The notes under the pieces are model-generated. The model was not told the origin of the DNA, ran no database searches, and saw nothing but the letters and a program-made list of their open reading frames with translations. 64,000 bases of DNA from an uncultured delta proteobacterium (lineage in GTDB: Bacteria; Myxococcota; Myxococcia; Myxococcales; Anaeromyxobacteraceae). Positions 43,774-55,183 of this stretch are shown piece by piece. The position numbers and the translations under genes were made by a program. The first letter of the stretch is position 1. Every line of letters starts with the position of its first letter. The stretch covers positions 224,001-288,000 of the forward strand of contig CAVYBH010000013.1 of NCBI GenBank assembly GCA_963766715.1, given 5' to 3'.

Positions 43774-44151
43774 TCAGCTCCGGGCGGGACCGTCCTTGGC
43801 GGGTTCCTCGTCCTGCGGCTCCGCGTCGTCGTCCGACGCCTCGCCCTCCCCCGGGTCGTCGTCCTCCCGGGCCTCGGCCCGGGCGAGCCGCGTGGAGAGC
43901 CCGTCGAGGAGCTCCTCCATCTCGACCAGGCGCCGCTTCAGCTCCTCGAGGTCCCGCGAGGAGGGGACCTGGGCGGCCTCGAGCGCCGCGCGCGCCAGCC
44001 GATCGATCCGCTCCCGGGCCTCGCCGGCCGCGGCCAGGACGGTCTGGAGGGCCAAGCCGGCCTTCTCGGGAGAGAGGACACGCCCCACCTGGCGCTCGCC
44101 GGCGGCACGCGCCTGGCGCAAGAGAGGATGATCGAGGAACGAACGGAGCAT
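43774..44151 (-). CDS. Small coiled-coil phasin (PhaI/PhaF)-like protein with an acidic tail
   Basis: AGGAGGGG RBS; ..ALEAAQVPSSRDLEELKRRL..; D/E-rich C-terminus. Confidence 0.55.
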   Translation of the reverse strand: MLRSFLDHPLLRQARAAGERQVGRVLSPEKAGLALQTVLAAAGEARERIDRLARAALEAAQVPSSRDLEELKRRLVEMEELLDGLSTRLARAEAREDDDPGEGEASDDDAEPQDEEPAKDGPARS

Positions 44152-44191
44152 GTGGACTTCTCCCCTCCTTGTCGTTAGCTTGTCAAGCGCC

Positions 44192-45127
44192 GTGTCCGGC
44201 TCCGATTTGCTCGATCGCCGCCTCGTCGTCGTCACGGGCAAGGGAGGCGTCGGGAAGTCCACGGTCGCCGCCGCCCTCGCCACGCTGGCCGCACGCCGCG
44301 GGAAGAGGGTTCTCGTCGCCGAGGTCGACGCGCGCGAGCGCGTGGCGCCCATGCTGGGCGGCCGCCCCTCCGGCCCCGTCGTCCATCCGGTGGTCGACGG
44401 CATCTCCACCGTCAACGTCGACCCGCGCCACGCGCTCGAGGAGTACGCGCTCATGGTGGTGAAGGTGCGGGCCATCTACCAGGCCGTCTTCGAGAACCGG
44501 ATCGTGCGCTTCTTCCTGCGCGCGGTGCCGTCGCTGGCCGAGACCCTCATGCTGGGGAAGATCCTGCACGAGGCCCGGAGCGAGAAGGACGGCAAGCCGC
44601 GCTGGGACCTGGTGGTCGTCGACGCGCCGGCCACCGGTCACGCGATCCAGCTGCTCGGGGTCCCGAAGGCGCTCCTCGACACCGTGCCGGCGGGCCCGAT
44701 GCGGCGGGACGCGGAGTGGATGCAGGCGCTCCTCACCGATCCCGCCAGGACCTCGGTGGTGCTCGTGTCGCTCCCCGAGGAGATGCCGGTGAGCGAGACC
44801 ATCGAGCTCGACCTGCAGATCCGCGACGGGCTGGGCCTTCCCCGCGGGCCGATCTTCGTGAACGCCATGCCGGACGCCCGCTTCACCGCCGCGGAGCAGG
44901 AACGGCTGCGAGGCCTCGCCGGGTCCGAGCCCCCGGTGGGTCCGGCGGCGCGGGCCTCGCTCCTCGAGGCCGGCCGGCGGGAGCGGGCCGAAGGACAGGT
45001 GGCCCGGCTTCGCGGGGCCGTCGAGGGCTCGCTCGTCACCCTCCCCTTGCTCGCCACCGAGCGCTGGGGGCGCCGCGCCGTGGAGAAGATCGCCGACGCC
45101 ATCGATGCCGCCGAAGGGCGCGCCTGA
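44192..45127 (+). CDS. ArsA/Get3-family ATPase, first of a tandem pair (Rv3679/BagA-like)
   Basis: VTGKGGVGKST, VDAPATGH, LPEEMPV.ET.EL. Confidence 0.9.
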   Translation: MSGSDLLDRRLVVVTGKGGVGKSTVAAALATLAARRGKRVLVAEVDARERVAPMLGGRPSGPVVHPVVDGISTVNVDPRHALEEYALMVVKVRAIYQAVFENRIVRFFLRAVPSLAETLMLGKILHEARSEKDGKPRWDLVVVDAPATGHAIQLLGVPKALLDTVPAGPMRRDAEWMQALLTDPARTSVVLVSLPEEMPVSETIELDLQIRDGLGLPRGPIFVNAMPDARFTAAEQERLRGLAGSEPPVGPAARASLLEAGRRERAEGQVARLRGAVEGSLVTLPLLATERWGRRAVEKIADAIDAAEGRA

Positions 45128-46248
45128 TGGGCGCGCTCCTCCGGTCGCTCCAGGACAGGAAGATCGCGGTGGTGGTGGGGAGCGGCGGCGTCGGCAAGAC
45201 GTCGCTCTCGGCCGCCATCGCCCTCTCCCGCGCGCTCGAGGGCGGGCGGGTGCTCGTGTGCACCATCGACCCGGCCCGCCGGCTCGCCACGGCCCTCGGG
45301 CTCGCGTCGCTCGGGAACACCGAGGCCCGCATCCCGGACGAGGCCTTCACGCGCGCCGGGCTCGAGCCCCGGGGCGAGATGTTCGCCATGATGCTCGACG
45401 TGAAGCGCACCTGGGACGACCTGGTGACGCGCCACGCGCCCGACGCCGCCACGCGCGACCGGATCCTCGGCAACCGCATCTACCAGCAAGTCTCCGGCGC
45501 CCTGGCCGGCTCGCAGGAGTACATGGCGATGGAGAAGCTCTACGAGCTCTCCACGGAGCGGGACTACGACCTGATCGTCCTCGACACGCCTCCCACCGTC
45601 CACGCCCTCGACTTCCTGGAGGCGCCCGACCGGATCCTCGACTTCGTGGGGAACGAGACGGCCCGGAAGCTCTTCGCCCCGGCCATCGGCGCCGGCCGCT
45701 TCGGGGCGCGCCTCATCCAGGCGGGCACGAGCTACGTGGCGAAGATCCTCTCCCGCTTCACCGGATCCGACGTGCTCCACGACGTCGGCGACTTCCTCGG
45801 GCAGTTCCAGGGCATGTACGACGGCTTCAAGGACCGGGCCTCCGCGGTCCGGACGCTCCTCACCCGCCCGGAGGTGGGGTTCGTGCTGGTGGCGAGCCCC
45901 AGCCCGCTCTCGGTGGACGAGGCGCTCTTCTTCCACGACCACCTCCGGACCGCCGGGATGCCGGTGGCCGGCGCCGTGGCGAACCGCGTGACGCCCGACC
46001 TCTGGCCCCTTCCCGGGGCGCTCCCCGGGGCGGCGGCGCTCGGCAACGCGCTCGGCGGGGAGGGAGACGCCACGCTGCCGGAGCGGATGGCCCGGACGCT
46101 CGCCGAGCACCAGGCCTTCGCCCACGCCGACGAGCGGGAGCTGGGGCGATTCCGCCGCGGGGCGCCCGGGCCCTTCGCGGCCGTCCCGCAGCTGGAGGGG
46201 GACGTCCACGACCTCTCCGGGCTGGCGGCGCTGGCCCGGCACCTCTGA
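45127..46248 (+). CDS. ArsA/Get3-family ATPase, second of the pair (Rv3680/BagB-like)
   Basis: GSGGVGKTS, TIDPARRLA.ALG, GSQEYMAMEKL, DTPP...ALDFL.AP, DVHDL. Confidence 0.9.
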   Translation: MGALLRSLQDRKIAVVVGSGGVGKTSLSAAIALSRALEGGRVLVCTIDPARRLATALGLASLGNTEARIPDEAFTRAGLEPRGEMFAMMLDVKRTWDDLVTRHAPDAATRDRILGNRIYQQVSGALAGSQEYMAMEKLYELSTERDYDLIVLDTPPTVHALDFLEAPDRILDFVGNETARKLFAPAIGAGRFGARLIQAGTSYVAKILSRFTGSDVLHDVGDFLGQFQGMYDGFKDRASAVRTLLTRPEVGFVLVASPSPLSVDEALFFHDHLRTAGMPVAGAVANRVTPDLWPLPGALPGAAALGNALGGEGDATLPERMARTLAEHQAFAHADERELGRFRRGAPGPFAAVPQLEGDVHDLSGLAALARHL

Positions 46249-46259
46249 AAGGGAATCCC

Positions 46260-48088
<1,829 letters not shown>

Positions 48089-48157
48089 GCGCGAATCGCG
48101 GGCTCATGACGGGTGGCGGAGGCCTGCGGCCCCGCCTAGGAGACACGGGGAGCCCAC

Positions 48158-49327
48158 GTGACCGCAGAGACCCGCATCCCCCTCGTCCCCTCGCCCGAAA
48201 CGGCCCTCGGACCAGACGAGCTCCAGCGGTACGCCCGTCATCTCTCCCTCCCCGAGGTGGGGCTCGCCGGGCAACGGAGGATCAAGCAGGCGCGGATCCT
48301 GCTCGTCGGAGCGGGCGGCCTGGGGTCTCCCGCCGCGCTCTACCTCGCGGCCGCCGGCGTGGGGCACCTCTCGCTCGTCGAGTTCGACGTGGTCGAGCTC
48401 TCGAACCTCCAGCGCCAGGTCCTTCACGGCACGAAGGATCTGGGGCGTCCCAAGGGAGAGTCGGCCCGCGATCGGCTGCTCGACCTGAACCCCCACCTGT
48501 CGCTCACGCTCCACGACCACCGCCTCGATGCCGGCAACGCCCTCGACCTGGTCCGCGACCACGACCTGGTCGTGGACGGCACCGACAACTTCGGCACGCG
48601 CTACCTGGTGAACGACGCCTGCGTCCTGGCGGGGCGCCCCAACGTCCACGCGAGCATCTACCGCTTCGACGGGCAGGCCTCGGTCTTCTCCGCCGCCGGC
48701 GGCCCCTGCTACCGATGCCTCTATCCGTCCCCGCCCCCGCCGGGCGAGGCGCCCTCCTGCGCCGAGGGCGGCGTCCTCGGGGTCCTCCCGGGCCTGCTCG
48801 GAACGATCCAGGCCACCGAGGCCCTGAAGCTGGTGACCGGCATCGGCCAGCCACTCGTCGGGCGGCTGCTGCTCGTCGACGCGCTCGCCATGCAGTTTCG
48901 CACCGTGAAGGTCCCCAAGGATCCCGCCTGCCCGGCCTGTGGGACGCGGACCCTTCGCGAGCTGCGGGAAGAGACCGTCGCGTGCGCGCCTGCGCCCGCG
49001 GGCGACCGGGTCCCGGAGGTCACGCCCGCCGAGCTGGTCGAGCGGCTCGGCCGCGGCGAGCCGATCACGCTGCTCGACGTCCGCGAGCCACCGGAGCTGG
49101 AGATCGCCCGGATCCCGGGCGCCCGGCTCGCTCCCCTGTCGCGCCTGGCGGAGGAGATGGCCAGGCTCGATCCCTCCAGGGAGATCGTCGCCTTCTGCCG
49201 GAGCGGCGTCCGCAGCCAGACCGCCGGGTTGAAGCTCCGGGCGGCCGGCTTCGCCCGGGTGTCGTCGCTCGCAGGCGGGATCCTCCGCTACGCGGCCGAC
49301 GTCGACCCGTCGATCCCCCGGTACTGA
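48158..49327 (+). CDS. moeZ: MoeZ-type adenylyltransferase (MoeB/ThiF) with a C-terminal rhodanese domain
   Basis: RYARH, GAGGLG, SNLQRQ, CYRC, CAEGGVLG, CPAC, rhodanese CRSGVRS. Confidence 0.92.
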   Translation: MTAETRIPLVPSPETALGPDELQRYARHLSLPEVGLAGQRRIKQARILLVGAGGLGSPAALYLAAAGVGHLSLVEFDVVELSNLQRQVLHGTKDLGRPKGESARDRLLDLNPHLSLTLHDHRLDAGNALDLVRDHDLVVDGTDNFGTRYLVNDACVLAGRPNVHASIYRFDGQASVFSAAGGPCYRCLYPSPPPPGEAPSCAEGGVLGVLPGLLGTIQATEALKLVTGIGQPLVGRLLLVDALAMQFRTVKVPKDPACPACGTRTLRELREETVACAPAPAGDRVPEVTPAELVERLGRGEPITLLDVREPPELEIARIPGARLAPLSRLAEEMARLDPSREIVAFCRSGVRSQTAGLKLRAAGFARVSSLAGGILRYAADVDPSIPRY

Positions 49328-49333
49328 CGCGAC

Positions 49334-50329
49334 TCAGCCGTCGCGCGGGAGCGGTCGAGGAACGAGCGACTTGCTCGCCAGGAACTCGGGGTTGAAGACC
49401 TTGGAGGCGTAGCGGCTGCCGTGGTCGCACAGGAAGGTGACGATGCGAAGGCCCTCCCCTCGGTGCCGGCGCGCGTACTCGTAGGCGGCGCGCACGTTGA
49501 GCGCGGCCGAGGTCCCGACCACCAGCGCATCCTCCCGCGCCAGGTGGTAGAGCATCTCGATCATCTCCTGGTCGGAGACGCGGACGGCCTCGTCCACGCG
49601 CGCCTGTCGGAAGTTCTCGGTGATCCGCATGATCCCGATGCCCTCGGTGATCGAGCTCCCCGAGGCCTCGACCTTCCCCTCGCGAACCCAGCAGTAGAGC
49701 CCGGAGCCGGCCGGATCGACGAGGACCACGTGCGTCTCCGGCCGCCGCGACTTGAGGTACCGGCTGGTTCCGGAGAGCGTCCCGCCCGTGCCCACCGCCG
49801 ACACGAGCACGTCCACGCGCCCCTCGCACTGCTCGAAGATCTCCGGCCCGGTGGTCTCGGCGTGGAAGTCCCCGTTCGCGGTGTTCTCGAACTGGTTCGC
49901 CCAGAACCAGCCCTCCTTCTCGGCCAGGATGCGCGCCTGGTGGAAGAAGTGGGCAGGGTTCGCGAAGGGCACCACCGGCACCTTCCGCACGTCCACGCCC
50001 ATGGCCTCGAGCAGCTCGTACTTCTCGCGGGCCTGGTTGTCCGGCATGGTCACGACCACCCGGTAGCCGCGCTCGACCCCCAGGAGGCCCAGGCCGATGC
50101 CGGTGTTCCCGGCCGTTCCCTCGACGATGGTCGAGCCGGGACGCAGCTTCCCCTCCGCCTCGGCGCGCCGGATCATGCCCTTGGCGGCGCGGTCCTTGAT
50201 GCTGCCGCCCGGGTTCATGAACTCGGCCTTGCCGAGGATTTCGCATCCGGTGAGGCGCGACAGCGACTCGATGCGGAGGAGCGGCGTGTCCCCCACCACG
50301 TCCCAGAGCTTTCCGACCTTGGCCGTCAT
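49334..50329 (-). CDS. cysK: Cysteine synthase A (PLP-dependent)
   Basis: KAEFMNPGGSIKDR, EGTAGNTGIG, GTGGT, TEGIG; ATGA overlap with deoB. Confidence 0.88.
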   Translation of the reverse strand: MTAKVGKLWDVVGDTPLLRIESLSRLTGCEILGKAEFMNPGGSIKDRAAKGMIRRAEAEGKLRPGSTIVEGTAGNTGIGLGLLGVERGYRVVVTMPDNQAREKYELLEAMGVDVRKVPVVPFANPAHFFHQARILAEKEGWFWANQFENTANGDFHAETTGPEIFEQCEGRVDVLVSAVGTGGTLSGTSRYLKSRRPETHVVLVDPAGSGLYCWVREGKVEASGSSITEGIGIMRITENFRQARVDEAVRVSDQEMIEMLYHLAREDALVVGTSAALNVRAAYEYARRHRGEGLRIVTFLCDHGSRYASKVFNPEFLASKSLVPRPLPRDG

Positions 50330-51525
50330 GTCGCCTCCCCGCGGCCGGGGTGGCCGGCCCGCCCGACCTCCGCGAGGAAGCTCGTCCCCTCGGCGGCGCG
50401 CAGGCCGAAGTAGGCCGCCACCGTGGCGCCCAGGTCGGCGAAGGTCGATCGGGTTCCGAGCGGCACGCCCGGCCGGCCCGGCACGTTCACGAGGAGTGGA
50501 ACGTACTCCCGGGAATGATCGGTCGACGGCGTGGTCGGATCGCAGCCGTGGTCGGCGGTGAGCGCGAGGACGTCGCCGGCGCGGAGCTGGCCCAGGACGG
50601 ACGGCAGCTCCCGGTCCATCGCCTCGAGCCCCCGCGCGTAGCCGCGCACGTCGTTGCGGTGCCCCCAGAGCATGTCGAAGTCGACCAGGTTCACGAAGAG
50701 GAGCCCGCGGTCCAGGCGGGCGAGGATCTCGGCGGTCCGGCGCATCCCGTCCGCGTTGCCCGCCGTGTGCACGTCCTCGGAGAGTCCGCGCCGATCGTAG
50801 ATGTCCCCGATCTTGCCGACCCCGACCACCGGCACGCCCGCCCCCGCGAGCTGCTCGAGGACGGTGGGGCGCGGGGGCTCGAGCGAGAAGTCCTTCCGGT
50901 TGTACGTCCTCGTGTAGGCGCCGGGCTTGCCCACGAACGGCCGGGCGATCACCCGCGCGACCCGGAGCGGGTCGAGGATGCGGCGCGCCTCCCGGCACCA
51001 GGCGTAGAGGGTCTCGAGCGGGACGGTCTCCTCGTGGGCCGCCACCTGGAAGACCGAGTCGGCCGAGGTGTAGACGATGGGCTTTCCGGTCCGCTGGTGC
51101 TCCTCACCCAGCTCCTGGATGATCTCGGTCCCGCTCGCCGCCCGGTTGGCGAGGACGCCCGGCACACCGGTCGCCGCGATCCACGGATCGAGCACCTCCG
51201 GCGGGAATCCCCCCGGGTAGAGCGCCAGCGGCTCGGCGAGGGAGACGCCCATCATCTCCCAGTGGCCGGTGATGGTGTCCTTGCCCGGGGAGCGCTCCGC
51301 CATCCGTCCCCAGGAGGCGGTCGGCCGGTCCACCGGCGGCACGCCCTGGATGGTCAGGATGTTCCCGAGCCCCATCCGGCCCAGCACCGGGAGCGAGAGC
51401 CCGCCCACCGCGCGGCTCAGGTTTCCCAGCGTGTCGGAACCCGCGTCGCCGTAGGAGGCGGCGTCGGGCAAGGCGCCCGCTCCCACGCTGTCGGCGACCA
51501 GGATGACGAACCGGCCGGACGTCAC
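50326..51525 (-). CDS. deoB: Phosphopentomutase
   Basis: DSVG.G..PDA..YGD, GKDT.TGHWE, YTSADSVFQ.AAHE, NLVDFD..WGHRND, TADHGCDP. Confidence 0.95.
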   Translation of the reverse strand: MTSGRFVILVADSVGAGALPDAASYGDAGSDTLGNLSRAVGGLSLPVLGRMGLGNILTIQGVPPVDRPTASWGRMAERSPGKDTITGHWEMMGVSLAEPLALYPGGFPPEVLDPWIAATGVPGVLANRAASGTEIIQELGEEHQRTGKPIVYTSADSVFQVAAHEETVPLETLYAWCREARRILDPLRVARVIARPFVGKPGAYTRTYNRKDFSLEPPRPTVLEQLAGAGVPVVGVGKIGDIYDRRGLSEDVHTAGNADGMRRTAEILARLDRGLLFVNLVDFDMLWGHRNDVRGYARGLEAMDRELPSVLGQLRAGDVLALTADHGCDPTTPSTDHSREYVPLLVNVPGRPGVPLGTRSTFADLGATVAAYFGLRAAEGTSFLAEVGRAGHPGRGEAT

Positions 51526-52220
51526 GGTCGCCTCAGCCCCCGAACGATTCCGCCGGCGATGGCCGGGCCCGAGCTCGTGCCGATGCGGTCGGCCCCGGCG
51601 CGCACCATGCGCAGCGCGTCGTCGGCGGTGCGGATTCCTCCCGACGCCTTCACCCCGACCGCCGGGCCCACCGAGGCGCGCAGGAGCGCCACGTCCTCGG
51701 CCGTCGCGCCACCCCCGGCGTAGCCGGTGGAGGTCTTCACCCAGGCTGCCCCGGCCGCCTGGGCGAGCGCGCAGGCCGCCACCTTCTCGTCGTGCGAGAG
51801 GCGGCTCGTCTCCAGGATCACCTTCACGGGCACGCGCGCCGCGGTCACCACCTCCTGCAGGTCGCGCAGGACGGCCCCGTGATCGCGGGCCTGCAGGGCG
51901 GCGCGCCCCAGCACCACGTCGACCTCGGCGGCGCCGGCCTCGGCCGCGGCCCGGGCCTCCCGAGCCCGTGCGCCGGTGCTCCCCGCGCCCTCCGGGAAGT
52001 CGACGGTGGCGACCACCGCCACGCCGCTCCCGGCGAGCGCGCGCGCCGCGCGACCCACCCAGCGGGAACGGACGCAGACCGCCGCGAACCCGTGCTGCCG
52101 CGCCTCGTCGCAGGTGCGGACGATGTCGGCCTCGGCGGCGTCCTCGCGGAGCAGCGTGTGCTCGAGGAGCGGGGCCAGGTTGCGCGGCTCGCGAATCGCG
52201 TCGGGGGAGAGGATGGCCAA
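51522..52220 (-). CDS. deoC: Deoxyribose-phosphate aldolase
   Basis: HTLL, FP.G, KVILET, KTSTG, KASGGIR, RIGTSS. Confidence 0.93.
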   Translation of the reverse strand: MAILSPDAIREPRNLAPLLEHTLLREDAAEADIVRTCDEARQHGFAAVCVRSRWVGRAARALAGSGVAVVATVDFPEGAGSTGARAREARAAAEAGAAEVDVVLGRAALQARDHGAVLRDLQEVVTAARVPVKVILETSRLSHDEKVAACALAQAAGAAWVKTSTGYAGGGATAEDVALLRASVGPAVGVKASGGIRTADDALRMVRAGADRIGTSSGPAIAGGIVRGLRRP

Positions 52221-52229
52221 CTCGTGCTC

Positions 52230-53108
52230 CTATCCGGGCTCGCCCCGGGCGCGGGACAGCATCACCACTTCCGCCGGCTCGGTCGCGTCGCCGCATCCGC
52301 CCGCTTCGCCCTCCTCGGCATCGATCCAGGGATCGCGGCCGGAGACCTCGCCCAGCCGCTGCTGGAGATCCCGGTCGAGCAGCCGGCTCGGGATCACGCG
52401 CGAGAGCGCGGAGAGCAGGTTTCCCTTCACGGCCGGGTGCTCGGCCGAGAGCTCGGTGAGCAGCGCCTTCACCCGCTTGCGCATGAGGTTCGGCTGGGAC
52501 CCGCACAGGCCGCAAGGCACGATCGGGAAGCGCATGGCCTCGGCGAAGGCGGCGATCTCCTCCTCGGCGGCGTAGGCCATCGGCCGGATCACCACGTTGC
52601 GCCCGTCGTCGGAGCGCAGCTTGACCGGCATGGTCTGCAGCCGTCCGGAGTAGAGCGCGGACATGAGGAGCGTCTCGATGAGGTCGTCGCGGTGGTGGCC
52701 GAGCGCGATCTTGTTGCAGCCCATCTCGATGGCCGCGTTGTAGAGGATGCCCCGGCGGAGCCGGGAGCAGGCGGAGCAGTAGGTGCCGCCCTCGGGCACG
52801 ACCCGCTTCACGATGGAGAGCGTGTCCTGGGACAGCATCCGGTAGGGCACGCCCACGGCGCGGAAGTGGGCCTCCAGCGTGGCGGCCGGGAAGCCCGGGT
52901 GCCCCTGGTCGAGGTTCACGGCCGTCAGGTCGAACTGGATGGGCGCCCGCTCCCGGAGCCGGGAAAGCAGGTGCAGGAGGACGTAGCTGTCCTTGCCGCC
53001 GGAGACCGCGACCAGGATCCGGTCCCCGTCCGCGACGAGGTCGAAGTCCTCGATGGCCCGGGCCGTGGCGCGCAGCAGGCGCCTCTCCAGCCTTTCGGTC
53101 TCCTTCAT
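52230..53108 (-). CDS. ttcA: tRNA 2-thiocytidine(32) synthetase
   Basis: SGGKDS, CSACSRLRRG, ALGHHRDD, IRP, PC.LCGSQ. Confidence 0.95.
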   Translation of the reverse strand: MKETERLERRLLRATARAIEDFDLVADGDRILVAVSGGKDSYVLLHLLSRLRERAPIQFDLTAVNLDQGHPGFPAATLEAHFRAVGVPYRMLSQDTLSIVKRVVPEGGTYCSACSRLRRGILYNAAIEMGCNKIALGHHRDDLIETLLMSALYSGRLQTMPVKLRSDDGRNVVIRPMAYAAEEEIAAFAEAMRFPIVPCGLCGSQPNLMRKRVKALLTELSAEHPAVKGNLLSALSRVIPSRLLDRDLQQRLGEVSGRDPWIDAEEGEAGGCGDATEPAEVVMLSRARGEPG

Positions 53109-53209
53109 GCAGGCGAGGTATAGCCCACGTTCCGTCGGGGGGCCTCGCCTTTTCCTTTGACGGGCCGGGGCGCTTTGGATAAACGGCGCGAACGCACCCG
53201 GGGAGAGAA

Positions 53210-53471
53210 ATGGCGCCGAAGGATTCTGGGAACCAAGCACACCTGCTTCAAGTGCTCCACGAAGTTCTACGACCTCAAGAAGCCGGTGCCGGTCTGCCCG
53301 AAGTGTGGGGCCGACCAGCGGGAGAGTCCGGCCCTGAAGGCGCCGCCCGTCGAGCGACGCGCCCGCGCGGCCGCGCGAAAGCCGGAGCCGGAGGTCGAGG
53401 CCGTCGAGGGCGACGAGGAGGTCGCGCTCGACGAGACCGAGGAAGAGCCCACGGAGGAGGACGAGCCCTAG
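53210..53471 (+). CDS. FYDLN acid-domain (TIGR02300-like) protein, frameshift near 53225
   Basis: LGTK..C..C..KFYDL.K...CPKCG with an acidic tail; TTGACG promoter at 53157. Confidence 0.85.
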
Positions 53472-53495
53472 CGTCTCGCTCCTCCCCTCGCTCCC

Positions 53496-54158
53496 TCAGC
53501 CTCCGAAGTCGAAGTCGAGCGTGGCCGGCCCCGTGGCGGGAACGGTCGCGCTGCCCTTCTTCTCTCCCAGCTTCTCGTGCCAGGCGGTCACCTCGTAGGT
53601 GCCGGGCGGCAGGTTCGGGATGACGAAGGCGCCGTCCTCGCCGGTGACGGCGGAGGGCCCGTCGACCACCCAGACGTAGGCGCTCATCCAGGCGTGCACG
53701 TCGCAGCGCACCACGACCAGCCCGGGCTTCTTCATCTGCCGGGCGATGCGCTGGTCCTTCGAGGGCATGGCCAGGTTGAAGGCGGTCGCCTGTCCCAGGT
53801 AGCCGTGGACGTTGTGGAGGGTCGGGTCGCCGTTCACGACCTCGAGGGTGCTCCCCAGCGGGATGGCCTGGACATGGGGCACGTAGCGGCAGGTGCGCTG
53901 GTCGAGCGTCGCCTTCCCCGGCGACGGAGCGGGCGCCCCCTTCACCACCACCACGACGTTGCGGAGCTTGCCGCCGGCGACCTGGACGGTCTCGTCCGGC
54001 ACCGAGTCCCCGCACAGGGCCCGTTCCTTGGTCGTCTCGAGGGTCGCAGGCCCGGGGGGAGCGCCCTGGAACCGGGCAACGCCGCGGAGTTCCCCTGCGG
54101 GAGCGGCCGAGGGGAGGAGCGCGAGCAGGGCGGCGAGGGCCAGGGCGGGTCGGTTCAT
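53496..54158 (-). CDS. Exported cupredoxin-like protein with a carboxypeptidase-regulatory-like domain
   Basis: Signal peptide; DQ..C.Y.PHV, N.D..LHNVH, RCDVHAWM, G.F.I...PPG.Y...AWHE. Confidence 0.78.
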   Translation of the reverse strand: MNRPALALAALLALLPSAAPAGELRGVARFQGAPPGPATLETTKERALCGDSVPDETVQVAGGKLRNVVVVVKGAPAPSPGKATLDQRTCRYVPHVQAIPLGSTLEVVNGDPTLHNVHGYLGQATAFNLAMPSKDQRIARQMKKPGLVVVRCDVHAWMSAYVWVVDGPSAVTGEDGAFVIPNLPPGTYEVTAWHEKLGEKKGSATVPATGPATLDFDFGG

Positions 54159-54258
54159 GCCCCAGACATACCCCGACTCGCGCCCTTTTCGGGGCCCCGA
54201 CCGGGGCCCGACGTGCCCTTGACCGGGATCAGGTCGCCCCTTAAATGTCCGTTCACCC

Positions 54259-55180
54259 ATGCTCGAGTACCGGCTCGCCCGGGCCACTGCCGCGGCCACC
54301 TTCGTCCTCCTCGTCATCGGGGGCATGGTCCACGCCACCGGGTCCTCTCTCGCCTGCCCGGACTGGCCCCTCTGCTACGGCCAGTTCTTCCCGTCCATGG
54401 AGGGAGGCGTCCTCTACGAGCACGGACACCGCCTGGTGGCGCTCTCCGTCTCGGTGCTGACCGGCGCGCTCGCGTTCGTGGTCTGGCGCCGGCGCCGGGA
54501 GACCGCGGTCCGGGTCGGCTCGATCCTCGCCGTGGGACTCGTGCTCTTCCAGGCCTCGCTCGGCGCCTTCACCGTGATCTGGAAGCTGCCGCTGGTGGTG
54601 TCGTCGGGCCACCTCGCCACGTCGATGGCCTTCTTCTCGCTGCTCGTGTGGCTCTCCTGGCGCCTCGCGCCCGCCTCGGTCGCGGCCGCGGAGTCCCCGG
54701 CGCCGCTCGGGCGTCCGCGCGATCGCGCTCGCCGCCGCCGTCGCCGTGTACCTCCAGATCGTCCTGGGGGCGCTCGTTCGCCACACCGGCTCCGGTCTCG
54801 CCTGCGGCAGCGAGGTGCTCCTCTGCCAGGGCGGCCTCTGGCCCCTGGGCGGGCCGGCCCAGCTCGTGACGCTGCACCGGTTCGCCGGCGTGGCGGTCGG
54901 GGTCCTCGTGATCGCCGCATCGCTCGTGGCGCTTCGCTCCGGCCCACTCCGCGCCCGTCGCGCCGCGCTCCTCGCACCCGTCCTCGTCGTCCTCCAGGTC
55001 CTGCTCGGCGCCTGGACGGTGTGGAGCCTCATCTCCGTCCCGGTGGTGAGCCTGCACCTGGGAGTCGGCGCGCTCCTGCTCGCCGACAGCCTCGTCCTCT
55101 TCCTCCTCACCGGTCCGCAGCCCGCGCCCCGGCGCGCCAGCGACGACCGCCTTCCCGGATACGCACATGCTGCGGGGTGA
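54259..55180 (+). CDS. ctaA: Heme A synthase (COX15/CtaA), frameshift near 54710
   Basis: GG.V..TGS.LACPDWPLC, EHGHR; second half LGALVRH...GLAC, LHR. Confidence 0.88.
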
Positions 55181-55183
55181 CAC

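Noticed and set aside
44192..46248. Arsenite resistance (ArsA) locus
   Set aside because: No arsB/acr3/arsC/arsR; single-domain tandem ATPases with motifs of the Rv3679/3680-like clade
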